This document shows, in pieces, positions 48,753 through 62,200 of a stretch of 64,000 nt of DNA. Location: assembly GCA_030390025.1 (NCBI GenBank), contig CM059425.1:172424001-172488000 (forward strand), read 5' to 3'. Below the pieces are notes generated by a model. It saw only the letters and a list, made by a program, of their open reading frames with translations, ran no database searches and was not told the origin of the DNA. Source of the stretch: Squalus acanthias. Lineage: Eukaryota. The translations under genes were made by a program, and so were the position numbers. The number at the start of each line of letters is the position of its first letter. Position 1 is the first letter of the stretch.

Positions 48753-49849
48753 GGGGGGGGGGGGAGGGGGGAAACGCTCCACTGGCTGGAGTCATATCTA
48801 GTACAAAGGAAGATGGTTGTGGTGGTTGAAGGTCAATCATCACAGCCCCAGGACATCGCGGCAGGAGTTCCTCAGGGCAGTGTCCTAGGCCCAACCATCT
48901 TCAGCTGTTTCATTAATGACCTTCCCTCCAACATAAGGTCAGAAATGGGGATGTTCGCTGATGACTGCACAGTGTTCAGTGCCATTCACAACTCCTCAGA
49001 TAATGAAGCAGTCCATGCCCGCATTCAACAAGACCTGGATGACGTTCAGGCTTGGGTTGATACGTGGCAGGTAACATTCATGCCACAGAAGTGCCAGGCA
49101 ATGACTATCTGCAACAAGCGAGAGTCTAACCACCTCCCCTTGATATTCAACGGTATTACCATCGCCGAATCCCCCACCATCAACATCCTGGGGGTTACCA
49201 TTGACCAGAAACTTAACTGGACCAGACACATAAATACTGTGGCAACAAGAGCAGGTCAGAAGCTAGGTATTCTGTGGCGAGTGTCTCACTCCCCAAAGCC
49301 TTTCCACCATCTACAAGGCACAAGTAAGGAGTGTGATGGAATACTCTCCACTTGCCTGGATGAGTGCATCTCCAACAACACTCAAGAAGTTCGACACCAT
49401 CCAGGACAAAGCAGCCCGCTTGATTGGCACCCCATCCATCACCTTAAACATTCATTCCCTCCACCACCGGTGTACCGTGGCTGCAGTGTGTACCATCTAC
49501 AAGATGCAGTGCAGCAACTCGCCAAGGCTTCTTCGGCAGCATCTCCCAAACCCGTGGCCTCTTCCACCTAGAAGGACAAGGGCAGCAGGTGCATGGGAAC
49601 ACCACCACCTCCAAGTTCCCCTCCAAGTCACACACCATCCTGACTTAGAAGTATATCGCTGTTCCTTCATCGTCGCTGGATCAAAATCCTGGAACTCCCT
49701 CCCTAACAGCACTGTGGGAGTACCTTCACCACACGGACTGCAGCGGTTCAAGAAGGTGGCTCACCACCACCTTCTCAAGGGCAATTAGGGATGGGCAATA
49801 AATGCTGACCTTGCCAGTGACGCCCACATCCCATAAACGAATTTTAAAA
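48753..49849 (+). mobile_element. CR1/L2-group LINE 3' part, same family as 11399-13937
   Basis: GVPQGSVLGPTIFSCFINDL, FADD, and 3' end GGGATGGGCAATAAATGCTG...CCCATAAACGAAT. Confidence 0.92.
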
Positions 49850-51314
49850 AACTTGGATACCTTACACTCAGTACTGATGGAACCATCAAGGACTGAGGTG
49901 GCACTTACCTTAGTGATGTTAATATCCTTGCAGGACCTGCTCCTTATGTCATGTTGCTTGTGCATTGAATGCTTACCTGGCACAGACAATAAGTTCCCTC
50001 TAGACCTAGCATTTTAGGGGGCTAGATTGATGCAGCCACATTATCACTGTTATGAAAAAGCGGCAGCATCTATGCTCACTCCTTGTAGCCCACTTGTGCT
50101 GGGCATGACTCAGTTGGTCTATGTGAGAACAGACTAAATAGTCCCATTAAAGGAATCTGTGGAAGCAATTGTGACTACCACTCTGGAAGCAATGATCATT
50201 CTTAGAACCTCCTCCTGACGTCTTGTTGCTGCAGAAATCTTCTGGACCACCACACTCACTAGAATGTTCTCCATGCCCTGCATCATGTTGCAGAAGCAGG
50301 TTGTGTACGCCTTCAATTTATCCATTATCTCCAACAAGACAGGAGACTGTCTTCACTGCCTGCACGAGATCTATGCTCTTGAATCATACACCTTTTGAAG
50401 ACTGGACCATTGAGATCTGGGTCACTGGCTCTGTCATTTCTGCCACCCCGGGGAGAGACGACGGGTTCTTCATCATTCCCTCCCAGCTCCTTCTGTTCAC
50501 TGGTGCTGTGTTACACCTTAGCTACACCTTCTATCTCACAACTTACATCATCTTAGGTGGCTGTATGTGGATTGATGCTTGAATAAGGTGCCATGGCAGA
50601 GTCGGTGAATCAGGTGCAGGATTGGCTGCTGTGGCTGCTTGTCAGATCTTTCTGTAAAGGGCCAGCACTTGTGAGGGACACAAAGGGCATTCATTTTAGG
50701 ATGGTACATTCTTACTTGTGATTCAGAAGAAGTGACTGAGCAATGTTTGGAAGCATTTCAATAAATTAGAATGTTTAAAGACTGTAAACACTCACAGTAT
50801 GTGATCCTTCCCATTACTAACTTGAACCGACAGGCTCTCCTCCAACATCACTACCTCCTATCACCTCACTGGTGTATTTGCGCAATTGCAGAGCTTCCTC
50901 ATCATGCCTATCAAGGTCCTGATGGATGCCAGTCCACTTTGTTGCCATTGATTTTGGGCAACCTTTTCCTTTGCAAATAGATGAATATATAGAATGGCTA
51001 GGGATTAATTCAAAATTGAATTTCACGAGAGACATTCCATTGTGATTATGGTTTCAGGTGCAGGTTATATTGCAATCTCTTTACTTTTCACTCAAACTCC
51101 ATCATCTTTGGTCTTGAAAAGTGAGACAATGAACAGTGGAGTGGTGGGAGAGGGATGTGTGACTGGAGGGGAGGGAGGAATTGGAGAGGTATCTAGTGCA
51201 TATTAACTGTCTCATTTATCTTTTTCTTTGCACTATGTGGACATGGATGGTGTGGAGGTGTCATGCTTCCAGCATTATTTCACGATGTGTGTGGCTACTC
51301 CTGCCTTCACTTAC

Positions 51315-51490
51315 CTTAGCTCATTAAAACATTTCTGGTACTACATTCCCGTTTGTGGATGATTGATGTGGTGCTGATTGCCTGCTCTTTTCTGGGGTTT
51401 CCTCTCTTGGGTACCAAATAGTCTTGCCCTCATTATCTTCATCTCTGTCAACATCACCTCCACAGAAGCTTCAGAAAAACTTGGGGTCTT
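51315..51490 (-). pseudogene. Decayed Harbinger Myb/SANT exon, probably the right part of the old Harbinger
   Basis: PSFSEASVEVMLTEM...RARLFG...QKCFNEL followed by a gtaagt donor on the minus strand. Confidence 0.55.
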
Positions 51491-52071
51491 GACCACAGCA
51501 GATAACCCCACTGCTAGTCCACCTTTTGCATTCTCCTCTCGCTGGGTCCTTTGGTCTCTGTGTTCTTAACACTTGTATTGCCTTCTGGCCTTTTGACTGC
51601 TGCAGCTTAATCTGATTTCTCTCTCTCCCAGCAATGGAGAAGGACCATCTTTATCCTGCTTTGCATATTAAATAGTGAGACCAGCCTGCCAACAAAGATA
51701 GTGTGGTGTGCTTTGTTATTTTTTTATTATGAGGAGTGTGAGGAAATAGATTGAAATATACTGTCAACTGTATCCTGTTAATTCATATATTAAACTAAAC
51801 CTTGTTTGTTGATTTACAATTGGCCTTGTCTCACTAGAGTGCTCCTCAGTACACCTTCCAGAAGATAGGAGGAATGCATGTAGGGTCTCGTATGAGATTA
51901 TAGTGTTCAGTTCACACAACGAAGGGTTTCATTGTTATGAGCCCTTGTTCATACTATCATATGACTAGATATTGGGCAATAAAGATAAACTCCTGAATGT
52001 AAGGGGATCTAGGTCCATTTACAGGAGAGACCAGTAATGCTGAACCTGAGAAAAAACCGAAGAACATACAT

Positions 52072-52493
52072 ATAGAAACATAGAATCTAGGAGCAGGAGT
52101 AGGCCATTCGGCCCGTCGAGCCTGCTCCACCATTCAATACGATCATGGCTGATCATCCAAATCCAATACCCTGTCCCTGCTTTAATCCCCACAGTACACA
52201 TATCCCACCCTACCCCCGTAACCCCACGTATTTAATTCCCCCTAACATAGCCCATCCTATCCCCATAACCCCACATATTTAATCCCCCCCTAACACTAAG
52301 GGTCAATTTATCATAGCCAAATCAACCTAACCCGCACATTTTTGGACTGTGGGAGGAAACCGGAGCACCCGGAGGAAACCCACGCAGACACGGGGAGAAT
52401 ATGCAAACTCCACACAGACAGTCACCCGAGGTCAGATTCGAACCCGGGTCCCTGGCGCTGTGAGGCACCAGTGCTAACCACTATGCCACCGTG
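52072..52493 (-). mobile_element. HE1 SINE (V-SINE), full length
   Basis: tRNA-like head (GGTGGCATAGTGGTTAGCACTGG...GGTTCGAATC), V-domain (TGTGTGGAGTTTGCATATTCTCCCCGTGTCTGCGTGGGTTTCCTCCGGGTGCTCCGGTTTCCTCCCACA) and HER1-derived tail. Confidence 0.92.
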
Positions 52494-53943
52494 TTGAACA
52501 AAATTTGTAACACACACACACACATTAGAATATTTTGATCTTGGACCATCCACTATAAATTAGGTTGCAGTCCTTTACAGTTTTCCCTGGTAGTTATCTC
52601 AGTAAGAGCCCAACAAAATCAAATAAGATTTTGGCTGAAAAGGCCATATACAGTAGAGAAATCCATTATTCGCACTGCATTTCTTACTCAGTGGAACCAC
52701 TCACTGAGACGGTTTAAGTTTATTGGATATGTTTTGGGAATCTGAAATCATAGGATCATGTGTTTGGTGATCTTGTTGGAGTTTTCAGAACTATCAGGAT
52801 GAAAGATCAAGTAGTCGATGCATGAAACTATGCTTCTTAATCACAGGGGCCACCTAAGTAAGTGATTACCCTTTCATTTGAAGAAGAATGTTTCATATAA
52901 TTGGATATTCTATTTTCCCTGGTGTTACAGGAAGTAGCTCCTTTCATATTACAATATCCCTGACTATGGCTTTCCCACTTAACTTCCAGAGAATCCAGTG
53001 ATTCTGGTGATATAGCAAGTATTCATTAGTTTATCCATGATTTAGAATACTGTAATAACATGGTAAATGTGTGGCATATTTTCTAGTGCAGAGCTTAAAA
53101 AAGCACAAAACAAGTTAAAAACCTCATGCATAATATTAGTAACTCTCTACAAAGAAATATATATCATAATTCCATGTGAATAATCATCCTTAAATGCACT
53201 AAGTAAATAAAATGAATAAATAAATACTCAACAGATGTGTGAATCACTGAAAAACTTATAACATTAGCAAATGCAGAAAAAAGATCAAATTAACCCCTAC
53301 TTAAGAACAAAAGAGCAGCTAAAATGAGATATCTATAATAAATAAGAATTGAAAACATAACAAATATCTGATTAGTCAAAATCAAATCAATAAGTTCATT
53401 GCAGATGATAAAAATATTCAATAACAATTTAACAACAAATTGCTGAGAGGCAGGAATCAGATGGCAAAACTGCATAATAATGAAAAAACAATAATCAAGG
53501 AAATATCCTCAAGCAATGATACGATGACTTGTATTATAACTGATTAATAATGAAACAGGTTACTGGGTACAGGACAAACAAATTTATCAATAACATTTAG
53601 TAGTTCATGGTGAGCAACCAATTCCTAAATTAACAGCAATACCAATATTGTTCTCTGTTCATTTATAGTACGACTAATTCAATCCAGGAAACAGACTGAT
53701 GCTTAGTAACGTCCAAACAAAACACCAAAGATCCCTCAAGAACTTCATTCGGTGCCTCTAATGCATTTTTGTTCTCAGGATATATAGAGAACATGATCAT
53801 CATTACTCTTATATGATGGAGGTTTGACAAAGGATTTTTATTGAATTTGTTTTACCAATCAATGGCTCAGTATGTAGAGCCAGGATGAAGTGTACTACAA
53901 AGATATTCAGACCAAAGGGAACTAAGTTAAGTGCAGATTCTAT

Positions 53944-54638
53944 GGGGGAGAAATTACCCTAGAGGGCCATTTGGGGCGCTAAGTCAAAAATGTTTGAAAA
54001 GTTAGCGCCAGGCGCTAACCTTTTGAAACATTTGAGAAATTCTCATTTTTTGCTCCAAGAGGGAAGTGGAGCGCTAAATCAAGCGCTTCACTTGCCTCTT
54101 GGAGTACAGGAGGCGAGGAATGTCCCGCTCCGGGGCGATGTGCTCAGCAGTGCCACGTGTGGCCATGCGTGGCGCAGCTGCGTTGCAGGGGCTCTTCCTT
54201 CAATTAAAGGGAAGGGCTTCCTGCTGCGAGCGCTGCATTTTTTGGGGCATCTGCTGGAGCACTGGGGTGCAGGAGTGACGCACGATCAGCTGATCAAGTT
54301 GAACGATCGCGGCACTCAGCCCACGTCCGATGCTCAGAATTTTTTTTTTTAGAAAAAATCAACGATTTTTTCATGCCGGCTGGCCACTGCACCATTAAAT
54401 GGCGCCCCTGTGAGCGGCTGGCCTCACTGTTTGCGACCCCTGCAGCAGTCGGTAACATCGCCCAGCGCTGCTGCGGGGCGTGAGGGGGAATTTTTCTCCT
54501 AAGGCACTACCGGGACGCTGCGCCCGCAGATGACATCATGATCTCCGGGCGCAGAAGATTGGGGCGATACCCGGTAGCACCGCCACTTACCTCCCGCGGA
54601 ATTTCACTGGAGGCGCTAATGATGGGAATTTCACCCCC
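53944..54638. mobile_element. Non-autonomous Harbinger derivative (695 bp)
   Basis: TIRs GGGGGAGAAATT and AATTTCACCCCC; TAT TSD; sub-terminal motifs shared with 30737-33894. Confidence 0.88.
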
Positions 54639-55114
54639 TATGTTGAGTTGCCTGATTTCAGCTAAAGAGCAATCGGGTGCTAGCTACAGCTGGCCCAAGT
54701 ACCTGGTATGCCCTTTTTTTCAATGTTTCTGCAACTCATTCACTTAAGTTACAATGGATGAGATGGAGAGAACTCCTGCAGACATTCACCCCTTATATTT
54801 ATAGATCTTCATCAATAAGGCACTCATCCTTCACGTAGATGCCTCAAGACATCTCTTGCATAGCCATTGGCTAGTGCAGCTATGTGTATTGTTGAGGAAT
54901 CCTCAACCTGTTCACATAACTCCTTCCTTAAGTGGTGCTGCTATTAGAGGGGTCTCAATCATCCACTAGTGCGAGATATTCCATAGTAACAAGAGGAAAA
55001 TATAAACCACTACATCACTTTGAAAATAAATTTGTAAATAAAAGTTTTGTTTTAATTCTTCATAGTAGCGTCAATTGTGAAGGTGCTAAATCCCCAAACT
55101 ATGTACTATGTATA

Positions 55115-55254
55115 GGGGTTCTCCTGATTTTCTGTCGTGACTTCAGCATAAGACCAGTAGAAATCCCAAGAAAACAAGGTAATGTTTATGTTATTTTTCT
55201 GGGGTGTTCACGACTCTGCTGCCAAAGTTACGGCAGACAATCGGGAGAACCCCC
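55115..55254. repeat. Imperfect palindrome, probable old MITE
   Basis: GGGGTTCTCCTGATTTTCTGTCGTGACTT pairs with AAGTTACGGCAGACAATCGGGAGAACCCC. Confidence 0.7.
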
Positions 55255-55930
55255 ATGGAAATTTTCCCTCATAGTGTATAGTGAATGAACTGTGTCCAAG
55301 TATTTTTCTTTTTGTACAGGTTACTTGGGCACTAAGTTCATGTTTGTATGATGGCAATTCTATGAAGTTATTTTATATAACCCAAGATAAGCATTTTATA
55401 AACATATTTATTGAACATACTGTTATGAATAGTACCATTTTGGTAACCAGCTCATAAAGGATAAATTATTAAACTAGAAGATGCAGCTTCTTCATGTAAA
55501 ATAGTTTTCAGTCACTTGATTATGCATTCTTTTATTAGTCAATTCCAGGATATCACCCCCTGGGCAGGCATTCACTTTTCATCAGTCTGGTTGGACACTT
55601 CCACTTAATATTAGATTATGTAATATATGGTATATTACAAATATTTTGCACAAGACATTCCCAACAAATTGGCTGGTTATAATAAGGTGCCACTAGATCC
55701 ATTCAGACACCTCCATCTCTTCCTCAGCATCACAAAAATGCATTCCGCAACTGACCTGGTGTTTTTATGCATATGCATGTAGGTTTGCTCTGCTAAGGTT
55801 TGTGTGCTTTGCACCTGCTGTGTCATGAAGTATTCACACTATCCTTGAGCACCACACTTTATGAATTACACAGAATTTTGTTTCTTTAAAATATCCATAC
55901 CAGAACTCTCTCTCTCTCTCTATATATATA

Positions 55931-57814
55931 CATAGATACATAGAAGATAGGAGCAGGAGTAGGCCATCCGGCCCTTCGAGCCTGCTCCGCCATTTAATGA
56001 GATCATGGCTGATCCTCCAATTCAGTATCCCGTCCCCGCCTTCTCTCCGTAACCCTTAACCCCTTTTGCCTGTAGAAATATATCTAATTCCCTCTTAAAT
56101 ATATTTAATGAGCTGGCGTACACTGCCCTCTGTGGCAATGAGTTCCACAGGTTCACCACCCTCTGAGTGAAGAAATTCCCCCTCATTTCTGTCCTAAATG
56201 GTTTAGCCCTTATCCTTAAATTATGTCCTCTAATTCTGTTCTCACCCGCCAAGGGAAACATTCCTTCTGCATCTAGTCTGTCTAGACCTGTCAGAATTTT
56301 ATACACTTCTATGAGGTCCCCTCTCAATCTTCTAAACTCCAGTGTGTACATCCCTAAACTACATAGTCTCTCCTCATAGGTCAATCCCGCCATTCCTGGT
56401 ATCAGCCTGGTGAATCGCCGCTGCACCCCCTCCATGGCAAGAACATCTTTCCTCAGATGAGGCGACCAAAACTGTACACAGTACTCGAGGTGTGGTCTCA
56501 CCAGTGCCCTGTACAGCTGCAGCAAGGTATCCCTGTTCCTGTATTCCAACCCTTTTGCTATGAAGGCCAGCATACCGTTTGCCTTCTTGACCGCCTGTTG
56601 CACCTGCATGCTCGCCTTCAGTGACTGGTGTACAAGAACACCCAGGTCTCTCTGTACTTCCCCCTCTCCCAATTTATTGCCATTTAAATAATAATTTGCC
56701 CTCCCGTTCCTGCACCCAAGGTGGATAACTTCGCACTTGTCCACATTATAGTGCATCTGCCATTTATCCGTCCAATCACCCAGTCTGTCCAAATCGCTCT
56801 GGAGCTTCCTGGTCTCCTCCTCTGAGCCCACCCCCCCTCCTAGTTTAGTGTCGTCTGCAAATTTGGAAATGCTGCATCCGACTCCCTGATCCAGGTCATT
56901 AATGTAAATTGTGAACAGCTGGGGACCCAGGACAGATCCCTGCGGTACCCCACTTGTTACTGCCTGCCATTCAGAAAATGAGCCGTTTATTCCAACTCTG
57001 TTTTCTATCTGACAGCCAGTTCTCTATCCACGTCAATACTTTCCCCTTTATCCCATGAGCTTCAATTTTCCATGCTAATCTTTTATGTGGGACCTTGTCG
57101 AAGGCCTTTTGGAAGTCCAGGTACACCACATCTACTGGCTCTCCCTCATCTATTTTACCAGTTACTCCCTCAAAAAATTCCAATAGATTAGTCAAGCACG
57201 ATTTACCCTTTGTAAATCCATGTTGACTCTGTCCTATCCTGTCCCCATTTGCTAAGTGCTCCGCTATTTCATCCTTAATGATGGACTCCAGCATTTTGCC
57301 CACAACTGATGTAAGGCTTACAGGTCTGTAATTACCTGCTTTTTCCCTACCCCCCTTTTTGAATAGTGGGGTAACGTTAGCTACCCTCCAATCCATGGGC
57401 ACTGTTCCCGAGTCTAATGAATTCTGAAAAATTATACTTAGTGCATCCGCTATCTCTAGGGCCACCTCCTTCAGTACCCTAGGATGCATGTTATCAGGCC
57501 CTGGGGATTTGTCCGCCTTCAATCCCTTTAGCTTCCTTAACACCATATCCTTAGAGATATTGATTTGCGTCAGTTCCTCCTTTGCCAATGTCCCTATTTT
57601 TCCCGATATCCCAGGGAGGTTTTTTGTGTCTTCCTTCGTAAAGACTGACCCAAAGTATGCATTTAGTTGGTCTGCCATTTCCTTATTTCCCGTTATATAT
57701 TCCCCCGTATCTGACTGCAATGGATCAACTTTGGTTTTCACCAGTCTTTTCCTCTTGATATACTTATAAAAGCTTTTGGAGTTAGTTTTTATATTTTCCG
57801 CCAGCTTGCTTTCG
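55931..57814 (-). mobile_element. Young HER1/CR1 LINE, 5'-truncated, flanked by (TA)n
   Basis: ORFs 56971-57741 and 56022-56831 with RT motifs; HER1 tail. Confidence 0.95.
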
Positions 57815-58329
57815 TATATATATATATATATATATTAATTAACACAAGTATTAAAAGTCCACACAGGAATTCACTGTGCATTTCTGAAGCAGAGGGGCTC
57901 AGTTTTTTCTTGCTGCTTTTCCTCTTGTTGCTTTGGCACACGTAGCATAGAAAAAGAAAAAATGTAGGGGTAGATGATAATGGCCGTAGTGCTTTCAGAA
58001 CAAGATATGAGCAAGGTATTGTGATGCCAGATTGTATTTGTGCAGCTGCAACTGAAGAGAAATGAGAAGATGGATTTCATGCCAAACTGCAGAGGTCACC
58101 TTTCCTACTACATTCACATCTCGCAATGCTTCCCCTCTATGCCTACCTAACAGTTGCAAAGCTTCCTTCTCATAAGCAGTGCCAGTCTCGAGGCTGTGGG
58201 TGCATAATCTAAAAAGGAGAGAAAGTAAGAAGGCATAATGCTTTCTATCTTCTGGAATACAACCCAGGCAATTCGTCAAATATGAGATGAACGGAGTACA
58301 AAATAAATACATTCCTATAAGGCCGTTAA

Positions 58330-59785
58330 GGAATTCAAAGAACAGAGTTCCACGGATAAATATAGAGATTTAAACTAAACTGAAACGGAAAAGGAGGCAT
58401 ATAATAGAATTAGGGCTAACAATATTAAAGATAATCATAAGGAATATATAAAGTGTAGTGGGGAAGTGAAAAGGGCGTTTATAAGAGTTAAGAGCCTTCA
58501 TGGCAATTAGGGATGGGTAATAAATTCTGCCATGCCAGCCTCACTCATATCCCAAGAACAAATAATAACGTTTAATAGAGTTTTTTTTGAAGAAGTGTCC
58601 ATTTTGATAAAGGGATGTGTACTTAATTCCCTGAAAACGTGTGCGCAGGTCGACAAAACCATAAAAAAGGTCAACAGCATTTGGTTTTCTAAATAGGGAC
58701 ATAGAGCATAAGAGTAGAAAAAACAGTAAGTTTGTACAAAACATTGATTAGGCCACAGTACTGTGTACAGTTTTGGGGGTGTACCATTATAGAAAGGGCA
58801 TTAAAGCCATAGAGTGTACAATGTAGCCACACCAGGATGATAACAATAGTTATGAGGAGAAATTTTAAATACTAGGGATGAAACTTTCCACTTCAATGGA
58901 AAGGAAAATCGGGCAAAAGTGTATACCTGGGCTACTGCCTTTATTTACACCCCTGCCAAAGTTGCAAGTCCTGGCGTAGCACTACTTTCACTGGAGCAGT
59001 GAAGGCTCAGAAGATTTAATACAGATTTATAAAATGATGAATGGTTTTGATGGGGAGTCTATTTCCTCTGCTTGCAGAGTCAGTGATGAGATTTAAACTG
59101 TCACTAAAAGAGTACGGTTAGGAAAGATTTCTTTATGTGGAGGGTTGCCACTGGGAATAGATTAGGCAGAGACCATTGGGAAAACTGGATAAATATTTTA
59201 AACAAAGATACAGGACTATGGGGGAGAGCAGGGTAGTGGGATTCGATTTAGATGGCCCAGGCAAAGAGCTGGCACAGACAAGCGGGCCAAATTGTCTCCT
59301 TCTGTGCTGTAAATTTCTATGGTTCTATAGCTGTAAGCCTATTTCACCTTGTCCAGAACCAGAGGATACGGCCTGCGCTTGAAGGGGGAATTCAAAACTA
59401 ACCTGCGGAATATTTCGGTAAGCGAGTTCTCAATCTGTGGAACAGGCCCCCTAGGGAGACGGTGGAAGGAGCTAGTATTGATTAACTCAAATTAGATATA
59501 TTTCTCTTAGAAAGTAACATTTTGGGTTACAGTATACGAGTAATTTGAGACATGACGTGGTAAGTGTAGCATGATTGGAAGGAACAGGTGACTTTGGACC
59601 TATGATTCCCAAAGCTCTTCACCAGTGGGGTTTTTCTGTTGTCATGTCTGGGTCTGTTGTAGAGATTATTTGCTATGATTAGTCAACAACTCCATTATCA
59701 TTGTATCATGCGACTACCAGGATGGTAGAAGGCGAACTAGATAGACCGTGGTCTTTTTTCATCTAGCAATTCCTATGTTCTTATG
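58330..59785 (+). mobile_element. Cluster of old CR1-group fragments
   Basis: Decayed ORF2 C-terminal motifs and two CR1-type tails (~59330 and ~59785). Confidence 0.65.
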
Positions 59786-59789
59786 CTCC

Positions 59790-61195
59790 TGAAAGTATAG
59801 ATTTTGTGGTCAGAGTTGAAAATAATGGTTTCAGACTTTCCAATGTATAGCTGGAAGAAGTTGCGAATCATCCAAGACTGAATGTCAGACAAGCGGCCTG
59901 ACAGTACAGAAGCAATTGAGGGGTCGAGAGAGGTGGTGAAGTACAGCTCGGTACTATCAGTGTATATATGGAAACTGACCGCATTCCTGTGGATGGTGTC
60001 TCCAAGTGGCAGCATATAGATGAGGAAGAAGGTGCCAAGGATGGATTATTGAAGGACTGTTGAGGTCACGATGTAGGTGTGGGAAGAGAAGTCATTAGTA
60101 GAAATCCTCTGGTTATGACCAGGTAGGTAAATGTGGAATCAAGGGCAGTCTCTCCAAGCTGGACAATAGAGGAAAGGTGCAGTGTGAAGTAGATAAACCC
60201 ATAAAAAAGGCATCTTTGGTTTTGCATCTGGAAGCATAGAATACAAAAGGAAGGCAGTAATGCTGAACTTGTCCAAGACCTTAGTTAAGCCACAGTTGCC
60301 GGTGATGAGGGATTGCAGTTATTAAGACTTGAGATGTTTGGGCTTTATCACTGGAGGTGAGAAGAATAAGGAGTGAAACTCTGATGCTGCCTGATCTCCT
60401 GAGTGTTTCCGATTTCCAACATTTATAGTTTTTGCTTTTTGTTTAAAGGTTGCATTTACATAGGGTCTTTAACGTCACAAGGTGCTTCACAGGAGCATTA
60501 TCAAACAAAATTTGACACCGAGCCACATAAGGAGATATTAGGACAGATGACCAAAAGCTTGGTCGAAGAGGTAGGTTTTAAGGAGCATCTTAAAGGAGGA
60601 AAGAGAGGTAGAGAGGATGAGAGGTTTAGGGAGGCAATTCCAGAGCTTAAGGCCTCGGCAGCTGAAGGAAAAACCACCAATGGTGAAGCATTTAAAATCA
60701 GGGATGCTCAAGAGGCCAGAATTAGAGGAGTGCAGATATCTTTGGCGGGGGGGGGGGGGGTTGTTGTGAGGATGAAGGAGATTACAGAGATAGGGAGGGG
60801 TGAGGCATTGGAGGGATTTGAAAACAAGGATGAGAATTTTTAAATCGAGGCGTTACTTAACCGGGAGCCAAAGCAGGTCAGCCAGCACAGGGGTGAACGG
60901 GACACGGTGCGAGTTAGTACACGGGCAGCCGAGTTTTGGATGACCTCAAGTTTACGTAGGGTAGAACGTGGGAGGCCAGCCTGGAGTGCACTGGAATAGT
61001 CAAGTCCAGAGGTAACAAAAGCATGGATGAGGGTTTCAGCAGCAGATGAGCTGATGCAGGGGTGGAGTCGGGCGGTGTTACAGAGGTGGAAATAGGCAGT
61101 CTTAGTTATGGCGCGGATGTGGTCCGAAGTTCATTTCAAGGTCAAATATGACACCAAGGTTGCGAATAGTCTGGTTCAGCCTCAGACAGATGCTA
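59790..61195 (-). mobile_element. L2 LINE fragments with interspersed short CR1/PLE pieces
   Basis: MLPLGDTIHRNAVSFHIYTDSTELY (L2 RT, YADD-derived); L2 3' end near 60450; PLE family-2 pLTR scrap at ~60378-60440. Confidence 0.7.
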
Positions 61196-61199
61196 TTAT

Positions 61200-62200
61200 A
61201 ACTACAGCTCAGTTAGCCTAACAGCGGTGGAGGGGAAGTTATTGGAAAACATTAATCAGGGACAAAATAAACTTTCATTTGGAAAATCATGGGCTAATCA
61301 AGGAACCAGCACGTTAAAGCAAATAGTGTCCGTCTAACTTAATTGAATTATTTGATGAGGTAATATAGAAGGTTGATCACGGTAGTGCCGTAGATGTTGT
61401 ATATATGGACTTTCAGAAGACATTCGACAAAGTGCTACACAGGAGGCTTGTTAAGAAGATGGAAGCCCATGGAATTAAGGGGAAAGTGGTGGCATGGATA
61501 TGGAATTGGCTCAGTGACCGGAAGCAGAGGATGGTAATGGATGGATGTTTTTCAGACTGGGTGGTGGTTTTCAGTGGTGTTCCCCAAAGGTCAGTTTTGG
61601 GTCCATTACTCTTTTCAAGTTTTACAAACGACCTAGACTCGGGTGTATGGAGCAGCATTATAAAGTTTGCGAATGATACTGAACTTGGGTAATGTAGTAG
61701 ATAGTGATGAGGATAGTTGTAGACTTCAGGAGGACATAGACAGGATGGTTAAATGGGCAGAAGCATGGCAGATGGAGTTCAATGCCGAGAAGTGTGAAGT
61801 GATGCACTTTGGGAGGACTAATATGGAAAGCCAGTATACTATAAAAGGCACAATTCTGAAAAGTGTAGACGAGCAGAGAGACCTTAGTGTCCCTATACAC
61901 AAACCCTTAAAAGGTGGCAGAGCAAGTTGGTTAAAAAGTAATTTGGGTTACTTGGGTTTATAAATAGAGGCATAGAATATAAAAGCAAAGAGATCATGCC
62001 AGAACTTTATAAATCACTGATTAGGCCTTCATTGTTGAAGCAGAGTTCTTAAGTTCTTCTAAAAGGGAGTTAGATAGTTGCTTGAAAAATATGAATATTG
62101 AAGAGTATGAGGATTAGACTAGGTAGATCACGTAGAGAAAAAGACCATTGCAGACTTGGGCCAGATGGGCTGTTTCTATGCTGTAATATTCTATAATTCC
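61200..62200 (+). mobile_element. Old CR1 RT fragment
   Basis: MDFQKTFDKV, GVPQRSVLGP, FANDT. Confidence 0.85.

Noticed and set aside
52430..52493. tRNA gene
   Set aside because: It is the tRNA-derived head of the HE1 SINE; same reasoning for the B-box at 14005.
57870..58230. Minus-strand exon of a neighbouring gene such as PJA2 (good acceptor at 58209-58210)
   Set aside because: No frame gives a recognisable protein or RING motif; an acceptor alone is insufficient without RNA data.
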